Positions 39,389 to 48,334 of a stretch of 64,000 nt of DNA are shown here, piece by piece (position 1 is the first letter of the stretch; each line of letters opens with the position of its first letter). The notes under the pieces are model-generated. The model was given only the letters and a program-made list of their open reading frames with translations. It was not told the origin of the DNA and searched no databases. A program made the position numbers and the translations under genes. Location of the stretch: positions 26,092 to 90,091 of the forward strand of contig JBBTRA010000004.1 in the NCBI GenBank assembly GCA_038065415.1. The letters run 5' to 3'. This stretch comes from Patescibacteria group bacterium (GTDB lineage Bacteria; Patescibacteriota; Minisyncoccia; Phycocordibacterales; PALSA-1337).

Positions 39389-39899
39389 GGCGAGCATCGA
39401 CTGTCCTCTTCCTACATACGTACACCCCAAGTGGCGCAACCGGAGAAGGTCGACAGTACGATTCGGATTCGATCTGCACGGAGTGGTCGACACCAACCCC
39501 GTGGGATTCCGCAAAATGATGGCCGCGCTCATCGCCAGTGGCTGTGAAGTGCACATTATCACTGGGGCAACCTGGGAACGGGAGCGTCCGACGCTCAAGA
39601 GGCTCCGGATACCCTTCACCCACTTCTTCTCGATTACCAATCATCATATGACAATCGGCACGAAGGTAGTTTGGGCGGATGCCGACAACCCTCATATCGA
39701 CCGGCATTTGTGGGATGAAACCAAGGCGATCTATTGCAAAGTCCATCGGATGACGATGCACTTCGATGATTCGGATCTCTACGGCCTGTATTTCCAAACT
39801 CCGTACATCCGCTTCTTCGCGAAGGACAGCGACCGCATCTTGAAAATGCATATCGTCCCTCCGAAAATCAAAGCGAATTGTCGTAAGAAAAAGAAGTGA
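39378..39899 (+). CDS. HAD-like phosphatase (short, phage-type)
   Basis: FDLHGV, HIITG, conserved K and HFDD motifs; overlaps the prs stop. Confidence 0.6.
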   Translation: MHTKASIDCPLPTYVHPKWRNRRRSTVRFGFDLHGVVDTNPVGFRKMMAALIASGCEVHIITGATWERERPTLKRLRIPFTHFFSITNHHMTIGTKVVWADADNPHIDRHLWDETKAIYCKVHRMTMHFDDSDLYGLYFQTPYIRFFAKDSDRILKMHIVPPKIKANCRKKKK

Positions 39900-39993
39900 T
39901 GGACACACCGCATGCGAAAGTATGCGGTTTTTTATTACCGGGTAACAAAATAAAAAGGCCTTCCGAAGAAGACCTTGAAGGAACCGAGCATAT

Positions 39994-40752
39994 TCAGAAC
40001 AAGCCTTGCAATTTGGCAAGCGCATACGCGATGAAGAATTTCCCATCACGAGTGCGGTACGGCACCTGTTCAAGCGGAAGGATCAGTAGGCAGATCATCT
40101 CGCCCTCATCCTTGTTACCCGTCAACTTGCCCTGCAATTCTTTGATCACATCTCCAGAAACCTCTTTGCGAAAGAGGAAGAACCGCATACCCTCATCGCA
40201 TGCTCCAGGTGAGAGTGCAATCGGTTTTTCGAAAGGGATCAGCTGCGTGCATCCCACCGGATCAGGAGTGAGCGGAATGAGCTCTGCAGGATCCAATCTC
40301 ATGCCGACCTCCTCTTCGAATTCTCTGGCCGCGACACCGATGAAGTTGCTGCTTTGGTCGAGCATACCCGCGGGAATCTCAACCAACTCAGGATCACCGA
40401 CTGGCAACCGTACTTGACTGGTAAGGATGACAAACTTCTCATCCGAGCCCAAGATAGTCAATATCGGGAGGATCGCCACCGAATCACCCCTCAGGAATAC
40501 AACATCTGGCAAGATTCGTTTGCCATCTTTGCCGTGTGCTTCCACCGACAGTTTTGCGAAGATCGGTTTGTTATCGGCCTTGAAGTCGACCGAGACCATA
40601 GTCACCGACTTGATGGTTATGTCGGGATGGATCGAATCAATCCAACGCTGGAACAATGCGGACCCGCCAAAGATCGAGACTTCGGGCGAATCGATATGCG
40701 AATAGCCATGGAGTTTGAACTGGTTTCCGTTGCAAACATATGTGTTGCTCAT
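39994..40752 (-). CDS. Nudix hydrolase, ADP-ribose/ADP-sugar pyrophosphatase-like
   Basis: RGDSVAIL, Q.R.P, intact Nudix box EIPAGMLD...AAREFEEEVG and SPGACDE. Confidence 0.85.
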   Translation of the reverse strand: MSNTYVCNGNQFKLHGYSHIDSPEVSIFGGSALFQRWIDSIHPDITIKSVTMVSVDFKADNKPIFAKLSVEAHGKDGKRILPDVVFLRGDSVAILPILTILGSDEKFVILTSQVRLPVGDPELVEIPAGMLDQSSNFIGVAAREFEEEVGMRLDPAELIPLTPDPVGCTQLIPFEKPIALSPGACDEGMRFFLFRKEVSGDVIKELQGKLTGNKDEGEMICLLILPLEQVPYRTRDGKFFIAYALAKLQGLF

Positions 40753-40829
40753 GTAAATGTGCCTTTCTTGCAAACATGTATATCACATTTATATACGATA
40801 GTCAACAGCTACCCACCCTTTGCGCTATC

Positions 40830-41351
40830 CTATATCTTTTTGAATTTCTCCCACTTCTCCTTGAACAGGCTCTGTAATTCCGGCAGTATAGTTTGGTCTA
40901 TCAACCCTTCAAGCGGCCTACCAGCAATGAGACAATCGCGTACTTCGGTAGCCGAGGTCTTCACAGATGTACCATCAAATCTATTGAGTATAGTGCAGTC
41001 TCTGCCGTCATCGAGAAAAAAGCGGATGTCTTCCTCACAGCCTCCAAAGAAAGTTACTTGAGCGGGATCCATACCTGCGACACGGATAATATCGTCGAGC
41101 GCAGCAAGCCATTCCCCGTCATTGTGATAGTCAGGTAAACCGACAAGTTTGATGCCAGGAAATAATTTCTGGATGAATTGCTTGCGCTCGTGATATGAGA
41201 AAAAATGACGGAGCGAAAATGGTGCATTTGAGCTTCCGATCACCAAGAAGCAGTTGTCGAGACCATATCTCTCTATCATCTGGCGCACAACAATCACATG
41301 ACCGTTGTGAACGGGATTGAACCTGCCGACATATATGGCTGACTTCTTCAT
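40830..41351 (-). CDS. NMN/NaMN adenylyltransferase (NadM-like)
   Basis: GRFNPVHNGH, IGSS, F...ER, LPD....W and SATEVR motifs. Confidence 0.85.
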   Translation of the reverse strand: MKKSAIYVGRFNPVHNGHVIVVRQMIERYGLDNCFLVIGSSNAPFSLRHFFSYHERKQFIQKLFPGIKLVGLPDYHNDGEWLAALDDIIRVAGMDPAQVTFFGGCEEDIRFFLDDGRDCTILNRFDGTSVKTSATEVRDCLIAGRPLEGLIDQTILPELQSLFKEKWEKFKKI

Positions 41352-41480
41352 ATGCGACAGATTGTAACATGCTGACGCTAGAGAACGCAGTGTCTTAGAG
41401 ATCATAGATATATTGACATAGCGCCATTTAAATGCTATCGTTTTACCGGATAAACCTTTCAAAATTCAACCCATTGAAAA

Positions 41481-42047
41481 ATGAATACCGAATCATTCGA
41501 CATCTCGGGACTCCTACAAAGGGTCCAGAATTATGTATTGGATGACCCATCATCCCCTTCACCATTCTCTCGGAGGCTCGCCTCCGACAATGGATGGACT
41601 CACGAGTACGCTCTACGTGCACTCGAGGAATACAAACGATTCACGTTCCTGAGTGTCGTCGCCGGACATCCTGTGACACCCTCGGACGAAGTGGACCAAG
41701 CATGGCACTTGCATATGATCTACACCGAAGAGTACTGGGGCAATTTCTGTCCCAATATCCTCGGCCGACCACTGCATCATGGACCGAGCAAGGGTGGCAG
41801 AAAAGAGAGCGATAAATTTGAGGACTGGTACGCAAAAACCAAATCCTCCTATGAACGCTTCTTCCACCACCCTCCACCCGCCGATATCTGGCCATCACAT
41901 GAGATCCGCTTCAAACGCGAGTTCATGCGAGTCGATGTGCGAGAGCACGTCATTATCAGGAAGGAAGACTTCCCCGTCATCTCTTCCCTTGCCGTACTCA
42001 TGCTCGAAACCATAACCAGACTCACCAAGAGAAAGGCTCACCGATGA
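41481..42047 (+). CDS. GRDP-like (glycine-rich domain-containing family) protein
   Basis: EEYKRF, PS..VDQAWH.H, FC and LHH.P motifs. Confidence 0.75.
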   Translation: MNTESFDISGLLQRVQNYVLDDPSSPSPFSRRLASDNGWTHEYALRALEEYKRFTFLSVVAGHPVTPSDEVDQAWHLHMIYTEEYWGNFCPNILGRPLHHGPSKGGRKESDKFEDWYAKTKSSYERFFHHPPPADIWPSHEIRFKREFMRVDVREHVIIRKEDFPVISSLAVLMLETITRLTKRKAHR

Positions 42048-43051
42048 AAATTACGACTACTGCATGCGCAGCCCTTGTGGCCATACTCATGCTCGCAAAC
42101 ACTTGGAATGGGAGTTCGGCAAGCTTGCCCGACTTCCCCGAGCGGCCCACGCTCGACCAGGCAGAAATGCTCAGTACGAAGCAACGGGATCACCTCGATG
42201 CGCGCGTGCAGGCATTCATGGATAAGACGTCAATGCAGATCAGACTCGTGACGGTGGTCGATACGGCCCCCTATCCGACCGCATCGGCCTATGCCGAAGA
42301 TCTGTATCACCAATGGAAACTCGGTAACCGGAGCACGCACAACGGCCTGCTCCTCGTCATCGCAGGATCCGTCGGCACCAACAGTCATGACATGCAGCAC
42401 TATTGCCGTATCATGACTGGATGGGGCATCGTCAGGATCATACCCGACGACGCCGTCATATCGATCAAGCATGAATACATGATGGCTCGTCTACCAGACC
42501 AGCCATTCCTAGCATTCAACAACACGCTCGATGTACTGTTCGCACGAATTGAGGACTGGCATTCGAAACATCCAAACGACAAAACGATACAAGGATCGAT
42601 AGTTGGGAACCAGGAGGTTTCAGCTACACAGGCACCTGAACAGGAAACCTCAACAGACAGTGGAGCGGGAAGCGCTATACTGATCATCGTGATCATGGTA
42701 GTCATCGTGATCGTCGCACTCATCATATCCGCAATACTATCGGGATCGTCGACCCCGAGCTACTATGCCTCGCCCAAAATCGAGCTGAGAACACCACCCT
42801 CAAGCGTACCAGTAGCATCGACGGCACCGGCACCGATCACACTCGCCGCAGCAGCTGTGCCTACAGCAAAGGAAATTCCTCGGACAATCTACTCTTCGAA
42901 AGTTGAGCAGAAATCCAAGAAGAAATCCTCTTCTGATGGTGGTTCAGGATGTGGAACCACTATCGCAGCTTGTGGTACTACCTCATCGTCATGTAGTTCC
43001 GCATCATGTGGCGGAGGAGGTGGATGTGGAGGCGGAGGATGTGGTAGTTGA
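42044..43051 (+). CDS. TPM-domain membrane protein with Gly/Cys/Ser-rich C-terminal tail
   Basis: Signal peptide; D.A.ML, W.LG....NGLLL and G.G....PD motifs; TM helix; tail SCGGGGGCGGGGCGS. Confidence 0.75.
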   Translation: MKITTTACAALVAILMLANTWNGSSASLPDFPERPTLDQAEMLSTKQRDHLDARVQAFMDKTSMQIRLVTVVDTAPYPTASAYAEDLYHQWKLGNRSTHNGLLLVIAGSVGTNSHDMQHYCRIMTGWGIVRIIPDDAVISIKHEYMMARLPDQPFLAFNNTLDVLFARIEDWHSKHPNDKTIQGSIVGNQEVSATQAPEQETSTDSGAGSAILIIVIMVVIVIVALIISAILSGSSTPSYYASPKIELRTPPSSVPVASTAPAPITLAAAAVPTAKEIPRTIYSSKVEQKSKKKSSSDGGSGCGTTIAACGTTSSSCSSASCGGGGGCGGGGCGS

Positions 43052-43117
43052 ATAACCGATACAAAACAACCAGCGCTTGAGGAATTCCTCAAGCGCTTTT
43101 TATATACCTCAACTTAC

Positions 43118-44260
43118 CTACGCCTCATCCCCACCCTCAGGCTTCTCGAGCATCGCTACCTCTATACCCGGTGTCTCGCCCGTAATGCGCAAAACATCTT
43201 TGTCTACCTTCTTGAGTTCCTTGCCGGAATTGTTGTAGTGATTGACCACGGTTGAGAGCGAGGTACCAAGCTTCACATGATATTCCTCATACTTCTTGAG
43301 GTGCGTGCCGAGCTGGCCCACATGTTTGACGATATCCTTTGCTGTCTCCTCGATGACCATCGCCTTGAGTCCTTGGAGCACTGTCTGTAGATATGCAAGG
43401 AATGAGGTCGGCGATACGATGATCACCTTATACTTGCTCGCCGCGCGCTGGATGAGGTTGTCGGTCTCCTCGAGAGATGCACCAATCTTGTTAACCAAAA
43501 GATCATAGTAGATAGCCTCGTGAGGTATGAACATGAATGCAAAATCCATCGTGTTTTCTGCTGGACGGATATACTTGGATGTTTCCTGGATACGGATCTT
43601 GAGATCTCCGACAAATGCCTTCTCGAGCTTGTCGCGTTCGGCAGGATTCTTCTCTTCGACCAGTTTGTTGTAGTTTTCGAGAGAGAACTTGGAATCGATC
43701 GGAATAACCTTGTCTTTCACGAAGACGGCCGCATCGACGATCTCCCCATTCTTGAAGGCATACTGCATCTGATACTGACCCGGTGCCAACACATTCTTGA
43801 GAAGCGTCTCGAGATAGTACTCTCCGAGGATCCCACGATGTTTTGGATTCTTGAGGATGTCCTGGAGATTCTGGAGCTGATCCGCAAAAGACACCACCTG
43901 CTTGTTGGTCTCATCGAGCTTGGTGAGACCTTGAGTTACTTCGCGGATGAGCTTGGACGACTCAGAGAGCTGGGAGCGCATAGACTCCTGCATATTCTTG
44001 GACGACTCATTGATCTTACTATCCACGGTCTTGGTGAGGTCACCAACCTTACTGTCGACCGTGCGCGTGAGATCCTTGGTCAGATCCCCCACTTTACGAT
44101 CCACAGTACGAGACATCTCGTTGATTTGCTCGAGGATGAGCTTGAGGCCGGTGTCGTCCTTGGGAGCCTCCGGAGCGGCTTTCTTGCGCAAAAAAAGAAC
44201 GCCAAGCACAACATTGGCGAGGATGGCGACGATCACGAGGATGATAAGGAGAGTGGTCAT
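43118..44260 (-). CDS. rmuC: DNA recombination protein RmuC
   Basis: TM plus coiled coil; RG..GE..L, IDSKF, DFAFMFIP.E and SPTS motifs. Confidence 0.93.
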   Translation of the reverse strand: MTTLLIILVIVAILANVVLGVLFLRKKAAPEAPKDDTGLKLILEQINEMSRTVDRKVGDLTKDLTRTVDSKVGDLTKTVDSKINESSKNMQESMRSQLSESSKLIREVTQGLTKLDETNKQVVSFADQLQNLQDILKNPKHRGILGEYYLETLLKNVLAPGQYQMQYAFKNGEIVDAAVFVKDKVIPIDSKFSLENYNKLVEEKNPAERDKLEKAFVGDLKIRIQETSKYIRPAENTMDFAFMFIPHEAIYYDLLVNKIGASLEETDNLIQRAASKYKVIIVSPTSFLAYLQTVLQGLKAMVIEETAKDIVKHVGQLGTHLKKYEEYHVKLGTSLSTVVNHYNNSGKELKKVDKDVLRITGETPGIEVAMLEKPEGGDEA

Positions 44261-44369
44261 GGGTATAGTCTACTAGGGTTTAAGCGTATTTACAAAATGC
44301 ATCGCACCCCACTTTCAACAGCTTTTGCGTGTCAGTTGCCTTCCCGCTCCCCATTTAGTATCATTCCCT

Positions 44370-44554
44370 ATGCAGAAGTCGTCACAGTTACCACCTGTGA
44401 TCGGGCGCTCAGAGGAGCCTCGAGTCTTTGAACCCAATCTGTATCAAATGAGTGTCCGCTTAATAGTGGAAAACTCGGTGGAACCGCGAGGAACGATGTT
44501 CTCCGCCCGAGTATGTGCGTGAATTTTCATGCATATACTCGGGCGCATTTTATT
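44370..44554 (+). promoter_or_regulatory. T-box riboswitch (Thr) upstream of thrS
   Basis: Antiterminator CTCGG-TGGAACC-GCG...CGC-CCGAG (44474-44511); competing terminator 44504-44545 plus ATTTTATT; candidate ACC specifier at 44390-44392. Confidence 0.85.
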
Positions 44555-44581
44555 AGCAAAGCCTTATCAAATCCCATCACC

Positions 44582-46330
44582 ATGAACCCAGACCACCTCC
44601 CCCATCTCCGCCACACGCTTGCCCACCTCTTGGCAGCCGCAGTACTCGAGCAATATCCAGATGCAAAGCCGACCATCGGTCCCGCCATCGACAACGGCTT
44701 CTACTATGACTTCCAATTCTCGACCCCGATCGCTGAGACTGATCTCAAGGATATCGAGAAGAAGATGCGCAAACTTCTCCCTTCATGGAAGACGGTCGAG
44801 CACAAAGAAGTCTCCAAGGAAGACGCTTTGAAACATTTTGAGGCCAATCCATTCAAGCTCGAACTCATCAATGAAATCGCCGAGAAGGGTGAAAAGATCA
44901 CCTTCTATACTATGGGCAAGTTCACTGATCTTTGCCGTGGTGGACATATCGAGAGTCCAGCAAAAGAGATTCCTTCAGACTGCTTCAAACTCTCCAAGAT
45001 CGCGGGCGCATATTGGCGCGGTGACGAGAAGAATCCTCAGCTCACCCGCATCTACGGACTCGCGTTCGCGACCAAGGATGAGCTCGAGGGTCACCTCACC
45101 ATGATGAAAGAAGCCGAGAAACGCGATCATCGCAAAATCGGCAAGGAAATGGATATCTTCGAGTTCGACGATGATGTAGGTCCTGGACTTCCCCTCTGGC
45201 TGCCAAATGGTGGCGCTCTCATAGAAGAACTCGAGAAACTCGCCAAGGAGACAGAATTCAAGATGGACTATGTCCGTGTACGCTCGCCACATCTCGCCAA
45301 GGAGGCTCTCTACAAAACCAGCGGCCATCTACCCTACTATGAGGATTCTATGTACCCTCCGATGGAATACGAGGGCGGCAAGTATTATCTCAAGGCAATG
45401 AACTGCCCGCACCACCACAAGATCTATGCGGCTCGCCCTAAGAGCTACCGAGACCTTCCGCTCAGGCTGGCAGAGTACGGCACCTGCTATCGCCATGAGA
45501 AATCCGGTGAGCTCTTCGGTCTCATGCGTGTACGAACTCTTCAGATGAACGATGCGCATATTTACTGCACCGAGGAACAGTTCGCTGATGAATTCCGTGC
45601 AGTGAATGAGATGTATCTCAAATACTTCAAGATATTCGGCGTGGACAAATATGTCATGCGCTTCTCCACTCATGATCCCAAGAGGCTTGGAGAGAAGTTC
45701 GTCAACGAACCAGAGCTCTGGAAAAAGACTGAGGACATGGTCAGGAAGGTGCTCATCGACTCCAAGATCCCCTACATCGAAGTACCCAATGAAGCCGCCT
45801 TCTACGGCCCCAAGATCGATGTACAGGTCTGGTCTGCAATCGGCCGTGAATTCACCTTAGCAACAAATCAAGTCGACTTCGCTGTACCAGCCCGCTTCGG
45901 CCTCACCTATACCGACAAGGATGGCGGTCTCAAGACACCGCTCTGTATCCATCGTGCACCGCTCGGCACTCATGAACGCTTCATTGGTTTCCTCATCGAG
46001 CACTATGGGGGCAACTTCCCACTCTGGCTCGCGCCTGTGCAAATCAAAGTCATTCCTGTGCTCGAGGCACATTTTGAGGAGGCGCAAAAAGTCCACAACG
46101 CCCTCCGAGCTCTCATGATCCGTTCCGAGATTGATCTCTCGAACGACGGCTTCGGCAAGAAGATCAGGAATGCAAAAAATGAGCGTGTACCATATACCAT
46201 CATTCTCGGAGACAAGGATATCGCGGCCGGGAAAGTTACCTTGGAAAGTAGGGATAAAGGCCAGGTCGGACAAGTTTCGATCGATGAAGTATTGAAAACG
46301 CTCGAAGCCGATATCAAAGAAAGAAAATAG
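44582..46330 (+). CDS. thrS: Threonyl-tRNA synthetase
   Basis: RHTLAH, DLCRGGH, GAYWRG, RDHR, MNCP, FYGPK and IHRA motifs. Confidence 0.98.
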   Translation: MNPDHLPHLRHTLAHLLAAAVLEQYPDAKPTIGPAIDNGFYYDFQFSTPIAETDLKDIEKKMRKLLPSWKTVEHKEVSKEDALKHFEANPFKLELINEIAEKGEKITFYTMGKFTDLCRGGHIESPAKEIPSDCFKLSKIAGAYWRGDEKNPQLTRIYGLAFATKDELEGHLTMMKEAEKRDHRKIGKEMDIFEFDDDVGPGLPLWLPNGGALIEELEKLAKETEFKMDYVRVRSPHLAKEALYKTSGHLPYYEDSMYPPMEYEGGKYYLKAMNCPHHHKIYAARPKSYRDLPLRLAEYGTCYRHEKSGELFGLMRVRTLQMNDAHIYCTEEQFADEFRAVNEMYLKYFKIFGVDKYVMRFSTHDPKRLGEKFVNEPELWKKTEDMVRKVLIDSKIPYIEVPNEAAFYGPKIDVQVWSAIGREFTLATNQVDFAVPARFGLTYTDKDGGLKTPLCIHRAPLGTHERFIGFLIEHYGGNFPLWLAPVQIKVIPVLEAHFEEAQKVHNALRALMIRSEIDLSNDGFGKKIRNAKNERVPYTIILGDKDIAAGKVTLESRDKGQVGQVSIDEVLKTLEADIKERK

Positions 46331-46393
46331 CGACCCTCAAAATATCTCCACAATAGTAAAGGCCCTTGCTTCGCAGCAAGGGCCTTTGTGATG

Positions 46394-46624
46394 TCAGTTA
46401 GTTTTTGCGGGGACCTCCTTTCGTTTTCGCAACTTGAGGTCTGCGTGGCTAGACTGTTTTCCCGGAGCACAGCGCGGGCATTTCGCACGGAAGTGGAGGA
46501 TGGCGTCCTTGTCGGGACCATACTTCCTCTCCAGCTTTGCCAGCATGTCCGGGGTAATGAACTGCTTGAAGTGATCTTCCTTCACCTCGTATTCAGGGCA
46601 TGCCTCACATCGAAACAGGAACAT
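46394..46624 (-). CDS. Small zinc-ribbon protein
   Basis: CEAC...CPRC; overlaps the end of the upstream gene. Confidence 0.55.
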   Translation of the reverse strand: MFLFRCEACPEYEVKEDHFKQFITPDMLAKLERKYGPDKDAILHFRAKCPRCAPGKQSSHADLKLRKRKEVPAKTN

Positions 46625-47120
46625 ACGACTTCCTCTCCTTTCCGAAGGTAAGCGGCGGAGCAGTAATAGCCGGCTGCTTCATCCAATGGAAGGCATCGGC
46701 GATATCCTTTGCCGAAAATTCGAAGTCGTTCGCTACATCTTGGAGATGCACGACCACATTCGCCTTCGCTCGGTCCTTCTGCTCCTTCATCGTCACGTCG
46801 ATCGTGATCACGATGCCCTCGAACTCGAACCAGGCATCGACCCCATGTATGAGGTCGAGCGGAGTACCGACAGCGGTATACAGCTTGAGCTGCTTGCTAT
46901 CAGCAATCTTGAGCTCGCGCGCAACCGCACCGTGAAGCATACGCGCTCCCGAGAGACGCGGGGCAGAAGGGTTGTCGGTTTGATTGTCGCGCGCCATATT
47001 CATAGCATCACGATAATTGACATACCCCTTGCCATCCCAGCATACCCGACAGGTGCCGAGGAATTCCTCTTCAGCTATGTGGCCTGTCTCGCCACTGTTA
47101 CTGTAAAACCTTCCACTCAT
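46605..47120 (-). CDS. Hypothetical protein, possible PD-(D/E)XK-fold
   Basis: LD..HGVD...ITIDVT pattern; start at MSGRF. Confidence 0.55.
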   Translation of the reverse strand: MSGRFYSNSGETGHIAEEEFLGTCRVCWDGKGYVNYRDAMNMARDNQTDNPSAPRLSGARMLHGAVARELKIADSKQLKLYTAVGTPLDLIHGVDAWFEFEGIVITIDVTMKEQKDRAKANVVVHLQDVANDFEFSAKDIADAFHWMKQPAITAPPLTFGKERKSYVPVSM

Positions 47121-47151
47121 ATTTATTCTTTCTGTTGATTGTTGATGTTGT

Positions 47152-47316
47152 TCAGTAGAGGCGCGTCCTTTTGGGATGAAACTCCCGGAGGATACCCTTG
47201 AATGCGGATGGCGAACTTTCCGCGCCACGACATACTAGACGGATGTGCAGGGCGATATGAACGAAACTGCTATTCACAGCCAAGTTCACTGCCCATTGAG
47301 AGATCTTATTCTTCAT
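47152..47316 (-). CDS. Small 54-aa ORF (not in the ORF track)
   Basis: MKNKISQWAVNLAV...RTRLY; first ORF after a TTGACA..TATAAT promoter (about 47405-47434, minus strand). Confidence 0.35.
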   Translation of the reverse strand: MKNKISQWAVNLAVNSSFVHIALHIRLVCRGAESSPSAFKGILREFHPKRTRLY

Positions 47317-47478
47317 ACCAATTTTCTGTTTTCAAAGATTCGGGCGTTGTGTGTGTTCAACCCGTAGATATGGCGCCGTATTTCAGACCATCATATCTGT
47401 GTATATTATAGCATATTTAATGCCATAATGTCAAGTAAACGTAAAGCCGCGCTCATCTTGCGATGAGCGCGGCTGGGA

Positions 47479-47733
47479 TCACGTTTTTGGCCGCTTGATG
47501 CGGTGTAAATAAGGAACAATGAGTCCCGGGTACAAGCACAGGAACCGTGTGCGGTTCAGGAGGGTATCTGTGGCGAGCATTTGCACGATCGCCTCACGAT
47601 GAGTCCCTTCCCTGATTCGCTCTTTGAGCTGTGCGTGGAGCAGGCTGAGCCTCTCGTCTCCATCTCGAGCCTTGATCGCATCGATGAGGTCCTGGAGGAG
47701 TTGATCGTATTTCTGCTTCTTAGGCTCGGACAT
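47479..47733 (-). CDS. Hypothetical small protein
   Basis: Start MSEPKK overlaps the stop of the upstream gene. Confidence 0.5.
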   Translation of the reverse strand: MSEPKKQKYDQLLQDLIDAIKARDGDERLSLLHAQLKERIREGTHREAIVQMLATDTLLNRTRFLCLYPGLIVPYLHRIKRPKT

Positions 47734-48091
47734 ACGACCTTTCTCCTTGGAGCATCGTCCGAACCTGGGCGACACCTGCGAGAAGCTGGTTACGATTTGG
47801 GATTTCCATCCCGAACCAAGCACCGAACTCCTTCAAGGACTGGATCATCTCCGCTTTCGCACCGGGTTCGCCGACGCAGAGCGGGATGAACTGTTTGCGC
47901 TGCAATGAGTTCTTGAGGAACTCCTTCGCGCCTGTGACGGAGGCTTTCACCTGCACGCCACCGAATCCAGGAACCACGACATCTTTGCCGTGATCATTGA
48001 ATCCGCCGTTGACCGTTCCACCGAATGCGTGCGCATATGCGGTTTCGAAGTCATCGCCGATGAAATCGGCTGTCGTTCTAATCGTTTTCAT
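47720..48091 (-). CDS. Small restriction-endonuclease-fold (Mrr-like) protein
   Basis: FE...D.G.D...VQVK pattern. Confidence 0.5.
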   Translation of the reverse strand: MKTIRTTADFIGDDFETAYAHAFGGTVNGGFNDHGKDVVVPGFGGVQVKASVTGAKEFLKNSLQRKQFIPLCVGEPGAKAEMIQSLKEFGAWFGMEIPNRNQLLAGVAQVRTMLQGERSYVRA

Positions 48092-48334
48092 GAATAACTG
48101 TCTTTCTGGGTTGAGTGTTGATTTTTCAAAGTATTCAGATATCCCTTGTGGATGCCTGCAGATCCGATATGTCATCGTATCTTTGTATAGTATACCACAT
48201 TATATACTAATTTGTCAAGTATACTCAAGCCGCCACAACCGCTCTATAGAGGCCCCTTTCCCATACCAAAAACCCCCTATTTCAGGGGGTTTTTGTAACA
48301 TTTCTATATTTGGAGGCTCGCACCCGTCTAAGCC

